Shown here: one piece after another, positions 54,916 through 64,000 of the stretch
Position numbering within the stretch: position 1 is the stretch's first letter
How the letters are laid out: the number at the start of each line of letters is the position of its first letter
Source of the DNA: Escherichia coli
GTDB taxonomy: Bacteria; Pseudomonadota; Gammaproteobacteria; Enterobacterales; Enterobacteriaceae
NCBI RefSeq assembly: GCF_003019035.1
Contig: NZ_CP027447.1
Direction: 5' to 3' (one strand)
DNA: 64,000 bases
Program-made: the position numbers and the translations under genes
The notes under the pieces: generated by a model
What the model saw: only the letters and a program-made list of their open reading frames with translations
What the model was told of the DNA's origin: nothing
The model's database searches: none

Positions 54916-57900
54916 TCAGGCACTGTATAATCCTCCGTCCCGACGTGATGACTGCATAATTGACACAACCCTGCTGTCGATCAGATCCACCAGCCCCCTG
55001 GCTGACTGCGTATCTATCTCGCCATTGCTCCCTTTATTCTGAATACTGATGTGATACACGGGAGAATAGACAAATCCGCCGCCACCATTCACATTGCCAA
55101 TGGCTCTGACCCCAAGAGAGCCGTCCGCTGCCCGCGTCAGTGGCATGATAGCTTCAGGCCCGGCCTCGCCCATCAGTCCGGCACCTTTCGCAAAAGCAAA
55201 ATACGTCGGCGTATCCACAATAGTGTTACTGTAAGCACTCAGATTTGCCGATGTGTAAACACCACCTTTTGCGTTTGCTACTGCCCCCGAAATCCATCCG
55301 CCTACCGTACCAAGCCACCCTCCGGCGCCGGAGAGTGATTTCAGTCCGTTAACAATGGCCGCATTCATCAGAATTTTTGAAACTTCCTGGAGAACTGAAC
55401 TCCCCCAGTTCCTCCAGTCAACAACATTCCCGGCCAGTGCATCGGAAATATTTGATACCAGCCCGTCCATGGTGGAAACGACAGCATCTGCCGCCTGCGA
55501 AGCATAATCAGTGGCACTGTCTGCCCAGTTCGTCAGCCCCTCCTGGAGTCCGGCATTCCAGTTACTGCGTAAAGCATCAGCCTTTGCATAATAATCCTGC
55601 TGATCGCTGAGACGCTCTTCCAGATATTTTTTATTCAGTTCTTTCTCCTGTTTCCACAGGGCTTCTTCAATTTCTCCGGCCTGATACTGTCTCAGCAGCT
55701 CGTTATTTTTCTGCTCAAACGTCTGCCGGATACTCCACATTTCCTGGAGTCGTTCACGCATCCGTGAGCCTTCACCATATCCCAGCAACTGCGCGTCGTC
55801 AGATGCCCGGGCACTGGCATTACTGTCCGCCAGACTGCTCTCATACGCAGCAAGCTGCTCACGAATCTTTTTCTGGTCGATGAGTGCTGCATTCTGCAAA
55901 AGCGTTTTTTTCTGCGCTTCTGACAGGGTTGATAATTCGCCCTGACTGACCTGATATTTCATCTTAGCCAGTTCAGTATTCTGCCCTGCCAGTGCTATCT
56001 GCTCTTTCTGCTGTTTAATCAGCCGTTTATAAATATCTTCTGTTTTTTCCGCCTCGGTCTTTTTATGCGCTTTGGGTTTATTTGCCTGATTATTTCGCCA
56101 TGCATCCAGTGAGTTATTTATATAATTCAGTCTTGCTGTCTGATATGCCTCTCCCACAAAGCCGAGATCATCCGCAGCATAACCCAGGCGGGCACGCTCA
56201 CGGGCTTCCCCCTTCAGGCGGGACAGAGCCAGTTCGCGCTCGCTGTTATTCAGTGCGGTCTGCTGTTTATCATCCAGGGTTGCCTGTGGCAGCCGTAACG
56301 GTACATTCACCAGCCCCTGACGCTGCTGAAGTAACTCATTACCAAGCCCGAGAAGGCGATTAAACTCGGTATGCTGCCCATTCATGATCAACAGGGACTG
56401 ATACGCTTTGTTTTGTTCCGCTGCCTGTTGACGGATCAACGCAACCCGCCGCTCCTCCAGCCCGGCAAGCACATCCTGAATGGATTGCGCTTTGCCCTGC
56501 ATTTGTGTGAGGCGAGACTGTTCAACTGCCAGTTGATTTGTTGCTTCGGCAAGCCCTTCTGTGACAGTTTTTACCGACGTCATGTGGTTAATCATAAAAC
56601 CGTTATCGGTTGTCCAGCCCGGGTTTGCCAGCACGTACTGATAGCCAGCAATTTTTTCCTGTAAGGATTTAATCTTACTTTTCTGCTCGTCAATTAACCT
56701 GTTCTGCTCCTTCAGTGCCTGCCGCGTCTTTTCCTCATTATCTGACGCTTCAGGAAGCGACATTGCCGACGTTTTCTGGCGAATTTCGTCGATTGTTGCG
56801 GCATACTGGCGTGCAGATTCTCTGGCCTGCTCCTGATTCTGATACATCGTGTACCAGGCCGCGGCCCCCAGCATGACAAGCCCCGGCACACCCCCAACCA
56901 GTCCCAGTGCTCCACTTAACAGACGACTCCCCGCTGACGTGACAGTATTCAGCGTTGTCTGTGCTGCTGTTCTGGCCGCAATATTACGGGTAAGTGATGC
57001 CTGGGCAGCAGCCAGTTTCGCTTCTGCGGCTGCCTGCCTTTCGGTACCGCGAGCAGCAACAACCGCCTGTTGCGCACGATAAACCGCCGCACGCGCCCTG
57101 GCTGTTGCTATCTGTGTCCCCCGAAGTTGCGCTTCCGCAAGAGCCACTTCGTTTCTGGCTGCAGTAATTAATCCGGCAGTTGCAGATCCAGCAGAAGACG
57201 CCATATTGCCAAAATATCGGGCTACCCCGACGGCAACCAGAGCACCGGCAGCGGTTGCCACAGTGTCAATATTGCCTGCAATACCATTCAGCACACCAGA
57301 GAGCGTCTTTGTCACTCCGCTTGCCTCGTTCGCACCACCAACCCAGGCCATAAAGGCGTTTTCAACTTTGGTTGCAGAGGATGAAACAGTATCAGGCATT
57401 GCTGCATATTCATCACGTAACGCCCCAAGCTGACTAATCAGTGCAGGAACAACCTTATCGGCGGTCAGTTTTCCGTTATCCGCCATGGCCTTCAGATCCT
57501 TACGGGCAACACCCATTCCCGCAGCCAGCGCACGAATAACACGATCGCCGTTCTCATTCACAGAGTTAAATTCTTCACCGCGCAGCACTCCCTGCGCCAG
57601 TGCCTGACTGAACTGCGTGATCACCGAACTGGCTTCTGCTGTACTGGCACCGGATAATTTCAGCCCCGTGGAGATCGCCTCGGTGACTTTCAGTACCTCC
57701 TCAGAACTGTAGCCATACTCCCGCATGGAAGCTGCAGAGCGGGCAAAAAGGCTGGCGTTATCCGAAAACGCCGTCCCCGTTCTCTGGCTGATTGCCATTA
57801 ATTCACGTTGTGATGCCTGAAAATCATCACTGGACTGCGTGGCCTGCTTCAGACGGGCATTGACTGAATTCCACTCATCGGCGAGAGAAATAAGATGACC

Positions 57901-58149
57901 GGTAGCAAAAGCCCCGGCAAATGCCTCCGCCATATTCAGTGCCGAAGACTTAGCTGTATTTATCTGATCCGTCACTTCTACCAGTGCACGCCGCATTTCA
58001 CGGGATGCTGCAGCGGACTGTCGGCCTCCGTTCTGCATGGTGCGGTAGTAATCCTGCCCCATGCGCGAAGCCCGGGCGATCTCTGACTGGAATGACCGGG
58101 AGTTTGCCGAGATTTTAATAATCAGTTCACGTAATGTCGCCACACTCAT
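54916..58149 (-). CDS. H: tail tape measure protein
   Basis: 1077 aa, Ala/Gln-rich coiled-coil, position between GT and M. Confidence 0.92.
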   Translation of the reverse strand: MSVATLRELIIKISANSRSFQSEIARASRMGQDYYRTMQNGGRQSAAASREMRRALVEVTDQINTAKSSALNMAEAFAGAFATGHLISLADEWNSVNARLKQATQSSDDFQASQRELMAISQRTGTAFSDNASLFARSAASMREYGYSSEEVLKVTEAISTGLKLSGASTAEASSVITQFSQALAQGVLRGEEFNSVNENGDRVIRALAAGMGVARKDLKAMADNGKLTADKVVPALISQLGALRDEYAAMPDTVSSSATKVENAFMAWVGGANEASGVTKTLSGVLNGIAGNIDTVATAAGALVAVGVARYFGNMASSAGSATAGLITAARNEVALAEAQLRGTQIATARARAAVYRAQQAVVAARGTERQAAAEAKLAAAQASLTRNIAARTAAQTTLNTVTSAGSRLLSGALGLVGGVPGLVMLGAAAWYTMYQNQEQARESARQYAATIDEIRQKTSAMSLPEASDNEEKTRQALKEQNRLIDEQKSKIKSLQEKIAGYQYVLANPGWTTDNGFMINHMTSVKTVTEGLAEATNQLAVEQSRLTQMQGKAQSIQDVLAGLEERRVALIRQQAAEQNKAYQSLLIMNGQHTEFNRLLGLGNELLQQRQGLVNVPLRLPQATLDDKQQTALNNSERELALSRLKGEARERARLGYAADDLGFVGEAYQTARLNYINNSLDAWRNNQANKPKAHKKTEAEKTEDIYKRLIKQQKEQIALAGQNTELAKMKYQVSQGELSTLSEAQKKTLLQNAALIDQKKIREQLAAYESSLADSNASARASDDAQLLGYGEGSRMRERLQEMWSIRQTFEQKNNELLRQYQAGEIEEALWKQEKELNKKYLEERLSDQQDYYAKADALRSNWNAGLQEGLTNWADSATDYASQAADAVVSTMDGLVSNISDALAGNVVDWRNWGSSVLQEVSKILMNAAIVNGLKSLSGAGGWLGTVGGWISGAVANAKGGVYTSANLSAYSNTIVDTPTYFAFAKGAGLMGEAGPEAIMPLTRAADGSLGVRAIGNVNGGGGFVYSPVYHISIQNKGSNGEIDTQSARGLVDLIDSRVVSIMQSSRRDGGLYSA

Positions 58150-58160
58150 TCTCCGGACGA

Positions 58161-58185
58161 AAAAAAACCGCCGAAGCGGTTTTTG
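58161..58185 (-). terminator. intrinsic terminator closing the moron, immediately upstream of the tape measure start
   Basis: minus strand aaccgc ttcg gcggtt hairpin followed by seven T. Confidence 0.65.
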
Positions 58186-58191
58186 TATTCT

Positions 58192-58344
58192 TTAAAGAAG
58201 TCCGGCCTTACGCCTTGCTTCCTGAAGATATTCATCATCCGTTTTTTGTGAAACGGAACTATCTGCATTGCAAATTAAATCACTACCGCAATGCTTACAT
58301 TTAATCACCTCTTCTTTGTTCGGGTCTGCACAGGGATTCTTCAT
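58192..58344 (-). CDS. hypothetical small Cys-rich protein (50 aa), moron gene
   Basis: MKNPCADPNKEEVIKCKHCGSDLICNADSSVSQKTDDEYLQEARRKAGLL; starts 8 nt after the upstream ORF stop; no clear SD. Confidence 0.4.
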   Translation of the reverse strand: MKNPCADPNKEEVIKCKHCGSDLICNADSSVSQKTDDEYLQEARRKAGLL

Positions 58345-58352
58345 GTCATTGT

Positions 58353-58526
58353 TTACCATTTGTTATTCATATGGCTTCTCATTTCCAGGATTACAAGTGA
58401 ATGGATCAGAGCAACAATAAAGATCATCGAGCCATATATCCACCACCTTAAAAATGAGCAACCTTTGCTTTTCGTGATAATCGCCGGAATCAGCCCTAAA
58501 ATTATTGAAATAAGTACGAATTCCAT
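58353..58526 (-). CDS. hypothetical small membrane protein (57 aa), moron gene; candidate superinfection-exclusion protein
   Basis: SD AAGGAGG 5 nt before ATG; product MEFVLISIILGLIPAIITKSKGCSFLRWWIYGSMIFIVALIHSLVILEMRSHMNNKW with two hydrophobic segments. Confidence 0.55.
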   Translation of the reverse strand: MEFVLISIILGLIPAIITKSKGCSFLRWWIYGSMIFIVALIHSLVILEMRSHMNNKW

Positions 58527-58583
58527 CGATGCCTCCTTACTTACTCAATAAAACGGGAATAATAATTCAGTTATGTGGAAAAT

Positions 58584-58874
58584 TCATCGGGATGCAACAA
58601 ATAACGCCCTCTCAATCTCAGCAAGTGGATCGCCCATATTATTTTCACAGGCGCATTCCCACTGAAGAAGTGCATCATTCAGTGGAACTTTAACCCCCTG
58701 CGCACCGTAAACAGCTGAAACAATCTGGGCAGCACGGATATCAGCCCGTTCGTCCCCCAGCGGGCTGAACCTGTCAAATTCTGCCCACATCATGATTTCT
58801 GATGCGGACATTTCCCGGCGTAATTCTGACAATGTACGCCCCATCCTGAGTGCCAGCATCATCAGAAAACGCAT
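58584..58874 (-). CDS. T: tail assembly chaperone T segment (made as G-T fusion by -1 frameshift)
   Basis: ORF in the -1 frame relative to G, open from the slippery site; lambda G/GT paradigm. Confidence 0.8.
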   Translation of the reverse strand: MRFLMMLALRMGRTLSELRREMSASEIMMWAEFDRFSPLGDERADIRAAQIVSAVYGAQGVKVPLNDALLQWECACENNMGDPLAEIERALFVASR

Positions 58875-58885
58875 CCCCGGAAGCG

Positions 58886-59272
58886 CTACTTTTTTTTAAC
58901 CTCGCCGGCATCACTGATCAGTTCCAGAGACTGCCGAAGAAGCCGCGCATGCACCGGGCCATACACGGCAATCACCTGTTCACGATCATCCTCTGAAAAT
59001 ACAGGTTGCAGTCCGGTATCACACAGAACATCAATGAACAGTTCAACATCTGCCTCCAGATTTCGGCGGGCGCGCTCCGCAACGGATAACGGTGTCTCAT
59101 CATCTTTTGCTTTAACGATCTCCTGCCAGCGCAACCAGGCTTCTGCAGAAGGTTCCCGTAATACAACCGTTGCTCCTTCCCATTCAGGCACATCAACAGT
59201 TTTATGGCGAAACCCCGACATCGTTGCCAGTGCCAGATTACGGATATTTTTAGTCATCACACCCATCCTCAT
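58886..59272 (-). CDS. G: tail assembly chaperone G
   Basis: 128 aa acidic protein between the major tail gene and T. Confidence 0.85.
   Translation of the reverse strand: MRMGVMTKNIRNLALATMSGFRHKTVDVPEWEGATVVLREPSAEAWLRWQEIVKAKDDETPLSVAERARRNLEADVELFIDVLCDTGLQPVFSEDDREQVIAVYGPVHARLLRQSLELISDAGEVKKK
58889..58895 (-). promoter_or_regulatory. programmed -1 ribosomal frameshift slippery heptamer A AAA AAG
   Basis: G frame ends GAG GTT AAA AAA AAG TAG; shifting back one nt reads AAA GTA GCG CTT CCG GGG ATG into the T ORF. Confidence 0.75.
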
Positions 59273-59976
59273 TAACTGACGGTTACAGTGCAGGAAGTGG
59301 AGGTCACTTTGTTAACCGGGCTTGCTGAATCAGAAATCTCGCAGGTATATGCGCCCGCATCACCGGATACTGCCAATGCCTTACTGAACGTTGCCGCCGT
59401 CTGTCCGGAAACAGGAGAACTACCTTTCTTCCAGACATAAGAATAAGGCGGCACACCTCCGGCAGCCTCAACCACCATTTCGAGTTTCGCTCCGGCAGAA
59501 ACCTGCAGCGTGCTGTTTAAATCGACCTTCACTTTCAGCGGCTCTGTCGCCAGCACAGGTTTACCTTTCAGGCGCAGGGAAAACGTTGCAGCCACAACAC
59601 CATTGGTTCCTGCAGACCAGGTATGCTGACGCACCTCTGCCATAAAGGTAAATCCGTTTCCTGACGGAAAAATAACTTTAAAGCCATACGTGGTGTCATT
59701 GTCATAGGCACTGCGCAACGCGTTCTGGGCAGCATTGAGGTAAAAGTTGCCTGACATGGAAATCTCTGACGCGGCACCAAGACCGTTAATATTTTCCTGC
59801 TCAACAGAACACAGCGTGGTGACATCAATATCCTGCTTTTGTCCTGCGGTAAACTGCACCTCTTTGATTGTACAGCTCAGGCCAAGATAGCTGGCAGAAT
59901 CCAGGGTTTCTGCTGTTACCGGTGCAGACGAAATCATAATTTTCGTCAGTTGCGAACGCTCAAAATTAGAGGACAT
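59272..59976 (-). CDS. major tail protein with C-terminal Ig-like domain
   Basis: 234 aa; position upstream of G/GT; Ig-like assignment is by eye. Confidence 0.8.
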   Translation of the reverse strand: MSSNFERSQLTKIMISSAPVTAETLDSASYLGLSCTIKEVQFTAGQKQDIDVTTLCSVEQENINGLGAASEISMSGNFYLNAAQNALRSAYDNDTTYGFKVIFPSGNGFTFMAEVRQHTWSAGTNGVVAATFSLRLKGKPVLATEPLKVKVDLNSTLQVSAGAKLEMVVEAAGGVPPYSYVWKKGSSPVSGQTAATFSKALAVSGDAGAYTCEISDSASPVNKVTSTSCTVTVS

Positions 59977-59993
59977 ACTCGTCTCCTGAAAAT

Positions 59994-60015
59994 AAAAAAA
60001 CCCGCCAGCGGCGGG
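59994..60015 (-). terminator. terminator-like hairpin upstream of the major tail gene
   Basis: cccgcc agcg gcggg hairpin followed by a T-run on the minus strand. Confidence 0.45.
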
Positions 60016-60036
60016 TGGGTAAAATCATTAACGACC

Positions 60037-60381
60037 TCAGGCTATTACCTGAAATTCAAGCGTGGCTCTGCTCAGACGGGAATCAGGATCATAACCCTGA
60101 GTTTTAGAAATAACGGAGGGTACAAGTTGCCTTACCGCATCAAGCGCCTGTTCCCGGATATCATCTGCGTCATCAGGCACCGTTGCCCAGACATCGATCT
60201 GCACGGTAATTCTGGATTCAGCCTGACCATCAAGCACATCAGACGCCGTGTCAGACACCACAGAAAACACCAGCCACGGCGGAGATACCGCAGGCTTTCC
60301 CTCCGTCAGCGGGACCACATAAGGATAAACCTGTCCTCCGGCCAACTGAGACAGCAGGGAATACAGTGTGGCTTCCCTCAT
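60037..60381 (-). CDS. tail terminator / tail completion-like protein
   Basis: 114 aa; call is positional (immediately upstream of major tail gene). Confidence 0.6.
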   Translation of the reverse strand: MREATLYSLLSQLAGGQVYPYVVPLTEGKPAVSPPWLVFSVVSDTASDVLDGQAESRITVQIDVWATVPDDADDIREQALDAVRQLVPSVISKTQGYDPDSRLSRATLEFQVIA

Positions 60382-60827
60382 TTACTTAAGACCTCATCAA
60401 TAGCCTGATTCATTCGCTGTATGGCAACCTGCGCCGCCAGCTCCTCTGTCGTATCGAAAGCCGGGCGAATGAATGGATGCGCGGGCATGTTTATCGTTCC
60501 CAGCTCCACAAAGCGCCAGTAAAACGCATTTCGGGGATCGCTGGCTTTCATGCTGTTATCACTGTTTCCGGTTCGTAGGTTCCGTCCGCGAATGTGGACA
60601 CCCGAGATAATTTCCCCCCGACGCTTTGAACGCTGCGTGAGAACAACCACATTTTTCTTCAGTTTCCCGGTTCGCTCCGGCGCACGTTCAACAACTGCAT
60701 CCCGCATAACTTCAGCACCTGCACGGGTGGCATCGCGCAGAACCTTATTGTTTTCTGCCCTGCTGAGCGTCTCCAGATCCCGTGCAATATCCGCCAGGCC
60801 TGAAAAATCAAGACTGAAATCCATCAC
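60378..60827 (-). CDS. HK97 gp10-like head-tail joining protein
   Basis: 149 aa; position and size in an HK97-type module. Confidence 0.6.
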   Translation of the reverse strand: MMDFSLDFSGLADIARDLETLSRAENNKVLRDATRAGAEVMRDAVVERAPERTGKLKKNVVVLTQRSKRRGEIISGVHIRGRNLRTGNSDNSMKASDPRNAFYWRFVELGTINMPAHPFIRPAFDTTEELAAQVAIQRMNQAIDEVLSK

Positions 60828-61162
60828 ACATTCCCCTTCAGGCTGCAGAGTATTTCAAGCCGGGTGGCGCGTGCATCCGGTATTGGTGGCCCTTCTATAC
60901 CAAGAGTGGCCCCTTTAAATGCACCGGTCAGCACTTTCAGACGTGAAGTCGCTGTCACATCGTGCCGAAATCGCATCCAGACTCTGACCGTAGCCTGAGC
61001 GGTTTCTGCACCTCCTGATATTCTCTCCCTCCCGCTGATACCCTTAACTTCTGCCCATACGGTAGCTCCCTCCGTCACCGTCTCCACCGGATGCCCTGAC
61101 GGAGAGCGGGCGGTGGTGACATTCAGAATAGTTACGCGATCACGTAATCTGCCCGCCTGCAT
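60824..61162 (-). CDS. head-tail adaptor / head closure protein
   Basis: 112 aa; positional call. Confidence 0.6.
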   Translation of the reverse strand: MQAGRLRDRVTILNVTTARSPSGHPVETVTEGATVWAEVKGISGRERISGGAETAQATVRVWMRFRHDVTATSRLKVLTGAFKGATLGIEGPPIPDARATRLEILCSLKGNV

Positions 61163-61170
61163 GGTTCCTC

Positions 61171-61533
61171 CTACAAAGGAATAAAACGATAAGGCTCCAG
61201 CAGAGAAGAAAAACCAAACGGGACTGGTGCCTTGCTGACATCTGAGGAATTTTCCCGGTTTTCGTACCAGTGTCCGACCAGCAACATGAGCGCCAACAAA
61301 ACATCATCAGCTATAAGCACCCCTTCAGGATCACCTTCCGGCACCATCTCCTCATAAAGCTTACGGTTGATAAAATTTTCTGCCTTGCGGCAGGCAGCCC
61401 GGAAATACAGCATCAGTAACTCATCATCAGTTGCATCATCTGTATCAATACGGCACTGCGCCCTGAGTTTTTCCACTATTGCTGCCATCAGAAACTCCTG
61501 CCCGTAACACTGTGCGGGCATAAAAAACTGCAT
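61171..61533 (-). CDS. gp6-like head-tail connector protein
   Basis: 120 aa directly downstream of the capsid gene; start may be an internal Met. Confidence 0.6.
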   Translation of the reverse strand: MQFFMPAQCYGQEFLMAAIVEKLRAQCRIDTDDATDDELLMLYFRAACRKAENFINRKLYEEMVPEGDPEGVLIADDVLLALMLLVGHWYENRENSSDVSKAPVPFGFSSLLEPYRFIPL

Positions 61534-62756
61534 TACGCAGCGGCTTTCTGGCGGGTTGCAGCACCGATCTTCATCAGCTTAATCGCCTGAGAATCCACCA
61601 GCATACCGCCGGTTCGTTTGGTTGTATAAAAGCCCACAAACGGTTTGTTGGTGTAAGGATCGCGCAGGATGCGGGTGCCGATACGATCAACGATGGTATA
61701 GCCGCGTTTGAAGTTACCAAACGCAATAGCTTTTGCATCGGCAGCAATATCCGGCATCTGCTCATTCTCAACGATGCCATACCCCGCCAGTGAAGAAGGC
61801 TGACCCAGCTCAATGCCCGGACGCCACAGATAATTTCCGTCGTTATCCTTCAGCAGGCGAATGGCAAACAGGCTGCTGTTATTCATCATGAACTTCGCGC
61901 CGCTGCGATGCGCCTTGCGCAGGGTGTAAATCAGTTTAATGATCGCATCGGCAGTCGCGCCAGAAGCCACACCGGAAGCGATGTGCTGAAGTTTGCCAAA
62001 CGCACGGGTCTTGTCATCTTCATCGGTGGACTCATAAGCCAGAAAACCTTTTGGTTTTTTGCTGCCGTCGCCACTGGTAAAGGCAATTTCTTCCTGTTCG
62101 GCAAATTCCAGCGCCAGCTCACTGTTGATCCAGTCTTCCACATTGAAGAAAGCGTCATCGAGCATTTTCTGGGTGGCCTGCGGGTTGCCGTAGATTTCCC
62201 CCATAAAGGGTTCAATCAGCCCCAGTTTTGAGGTGGCGGTTTCCGGACGTGCATCCGTTTCCCCCACCCATCCGGACGTTGTGCCGCCCAGATTCACCAG
62301 TTTTTTATAATCCGAGCCCCCGAGGGTGATCACAGTGGCTTCCTGGCGCATCACCACCTCATCTTTCAGTAGCGTCAGAATGGTGCGATCCAGTTCTTCC
62401 GGAATGGCATAACCGCCATCTTCATCATTGCCCACCTGCAGCGCCTTACGCTCCAGCTCACGCAGGCCGTCTTCACGCCCCTTGCGCATAAATCCGATAA
62501 ACGCTTCTTTGTGTTCACTGGCAACTTTATTTTGCGTGCCGCCTGCCGGACGCTTGATGTCTGCCAGCTCTTTTTCCAGGTCGCTTTTCAGGTTCTCCAG
62601 CTCGCTGATTTGCCCGTTCAGGCTTTCCACCTGTTCGGCCAGCTTGCCTTTTTCCTGTTCGATCGCGTCAATGCGCTTGTCGTTTTTTGCCTTAAAATCG
62701 TCAAACTTCTGCTGCAGCTCCTGCGCGACCTGCTCCACATCTTTAATGTCAGCCAT
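61533..62756 (-). CDS. HK97-family major capsid protein
   Basis: 407 aa with N-terminal coiled-coil delta domain then HK97-fold-like body. Confidence 0.88.
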   Translation of the reverse strand: MADIKDVEQVAQELQQKFDDFKAKNDKRIDAIEQEKGKLAEQVESLNGQISELENLKSDLEKELADIKRPAGGTQNKVASEHKEAFIGFMRKGREDGLRELERKALQVGNDEDGGYAIPEELDRTILTLLKDEVVMRQEATVITLGGSDYKKLVNLGGTTSGWVGETDARPETATSKLGLIEPFMGEIYGNPQATQKMLDDAFFNVEDWINSELALEFAEQEEIAFTSGDGSKKPKGFLAYESTDEDDKTRAFGKLQHIASGVASGATADAIIKLIYTLRKAHRSGAKFMMNNSSLFAIRLLKDNDGNYLWRPGIELGQPSSLAGYGIVENEQMPDIAADAKAIAFGNFKRGYTIVDRIGTRILRDPYTNKPFVGFYTTKRTGGMLVDSQAIKLMKIGAATRQKAAA

Positions 62757-62770
62757 TATTTTTCTCCTGG

Positions 62771-63451
62771 TTAAAATTTAAGATTTTTCAGTGCATTCAG
62801 TGCGGCATCCACATCCTCAGCATCACGCAGGGATAAAGCGCCATATCCCCCGGCCATGAATGCTTTGGCCTGGGTTCGCGAGAGTCCAACATCGCGCAGG
62901 ACTCGCTCAATAATTTTCTGATCAGGGATCTCCCCACGCGCCAGCGCATTTTTCACATCGCTGATGCGTGCCTCATCATTGGAAGGAAACGTCACCAGAC
63001 TGACCTCCCACAGGTCGATCTCTTTCAGCAGGAATACCCCTTTTTCACGGTCGTACTCCCAGTCTTTCAGGATGTAGCCAATAGAAAGGCCGGTTAAAGA
63101 ACCGGCCTTCATATGAGCATGTGCACGTTTTGCCAGGGGATCATCATCAACGAGTAATCGCCCCCTGACATAAAGCCCGACATCATCTTCTTTCATTTCG
63201 GTGTACACACCGATGGGCTCATCCATGCGGTGCTGCCAGAGCAACGCAGGCAGCGCCTTTTTTTCGCTCCATTTCTGGAGTGTTGTGGTAAAGGCACCGG
63301 GGACCACCACATCATCATGGCTGTCCTTAACACCAAAAACAGAGCCGTAACCTTCAAACTCCCCGGAATCACTGACTGATTTCAGGTTCAGCGGTATATC
63401 AAGACGCTGTTTTGTCTGCATCTCCACTCTCCTTTTTCTTACCGTTGCCAT
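62771..63451 (-). CDS. HK97-family prohead maturation protease
   Basis: 226-aa ORF between portal and capsid genes; true start may be ATG at 63421. Confidence 0.8.
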   Translation of the reverse strand: MATVRKRRVEMQTKQRLDIPLNLKSVSDSGEFEGYGSVFGVKDSHDDVVVPGAFTTTLQKWSEKKALPALLWQHRMDEPIGVYTEMKEDDVGLYVRGRLLVDDDPLAKRAHAHMKAGSLTGLSIGYILKDWEYDREKGVFLLKEIDLWEVSLVTFPSNDEARISDVKNALARGEIPDQKIIERVLRDVGLSRTQAKAFMAGGYGALSLRDAEDVDAALNALKNLKF

Positions 63452-64000
63452 TGCCAGCAGAGGGACTGGTGGTCATGTTCATCGGTGTCAGATACACATC
63501 ACCACCCGGTCGGGGATTCATATCCTCCAGATCACGGCAGTCATTAGGGGAATAAATCCCCCAGTTGATCCCCGTGGCATACGCTTCAAAGCGGGATTTC
63601 ATGTCACCACGCAACAACGCCCCGGCATTAAATTTGGCGTAAAATTTTCCCTTTTTATTCTCCCTCACCAGCCCTGTATTGATCCGCTGTTCAATACGGG
63701 TCAGATACGGCACAAGGGAATAGTTAATGAAGCCAAGCCCCAGCTCTTCAATATTGTTGAAGGTGGCGCGGTCAGTGTTCTGCACCATATGCAGTGGCAC
63801 GCGGAAAAGACGACAGATTTCTTCCAGCTGAAACTTGCGGGTTTCCAGGAACTGGCTGTCCTCGGCATTTAGTGCCACCGGCTTCCAGTCCAGCCCCATT
63901 TCCAGAATCATCGGACGGTGCGCATTACCCAGCCCAAGATGACGCTCCTCAAAATCCCTCTTCATGCGCTCATAAGCATCCGGCGTGAGCTTTTGTTCCG
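63399..64000 (-). CDS. portal protein, C-terminal part (5-prime end beyond window)
   Basis: HK97-type portal C-terminal region; frame appears open to position 64000. Confidence 0.75.
   Translation of the reverse strand, partial: EQKLTPDAYERMKRDFEERHLGLGNAHRPMILEMGLDWKPVALNAEDSQFLETRKFQLEEICRLFRVPLHMVQNTDRATFNNIEELGLGFINYSLVPYLTRIEQRINTGLVRENKKGKFYAKFNAGALLRGDMKSRFEAYATGINWGIYSPNDCRDLEDMNPRPGGDVYLTPMNMTTSPSAGNGNGKKKESGDADKTAS

Larger units (their letters stand above)
45088..64000 (-). mobile_element. lambdoid prophage, right arm (late genes), truncated by window end
   Basis: contiguous minus-strand portal-to-tfa structural module bounded on the left by the tRNA-Ser fragment. Confidence 0.9.

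Noticed and set aside
58291-58551. 86-aa plus-strand ORF in the GT-H intergenic insert
   Set aside because: Antisense to the two minus-strand moron ORFs, which have the SD and terminator; operon direction is minus.

Overview
Enterobacterial (E. coli-like) chromosome segment: the sdiA–tcy–fliAZY locus, the fliC/fliDST and fliE–fliR flagellar clusters, amyA, yedDEFKL, rcsA/dsrB/DsrA, yedP–zinT, then the right arm of a lambdoid prophage running to the window end. The prophage begins at a 62-nt 3-prime copy of tRNA-Ser(CGA) (45088..45149) and carries late genes on the minus strand: a lambda-like tail tip (tfa, stf, lom, J, I, K, L, M), a 1077-aa tape measure, G/GT chaperone, major tail protein, and an HK97-like head module (portal truncated at 64000). 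No CRISPR array, rRNA or intact tRNA was seen. The best candidate for something undescribed is a two-gene moron between GT and the tape measure gene (57-aa two-helix membrane protein plus 50-aa Cys-rich protein, both below the ORF-track cutoff). Other points: a 39-bp imperfect palindrome present in two copies, apparent absence of yodB and of the yedN/yedM/intG remnant relative to my memory of K-12, and an intact yedS-type porin. All calls rest on reading the translations and on remembered protein families; no searches were run. The ORF track shows M for non-ATG starts, so several starts were trimmed.
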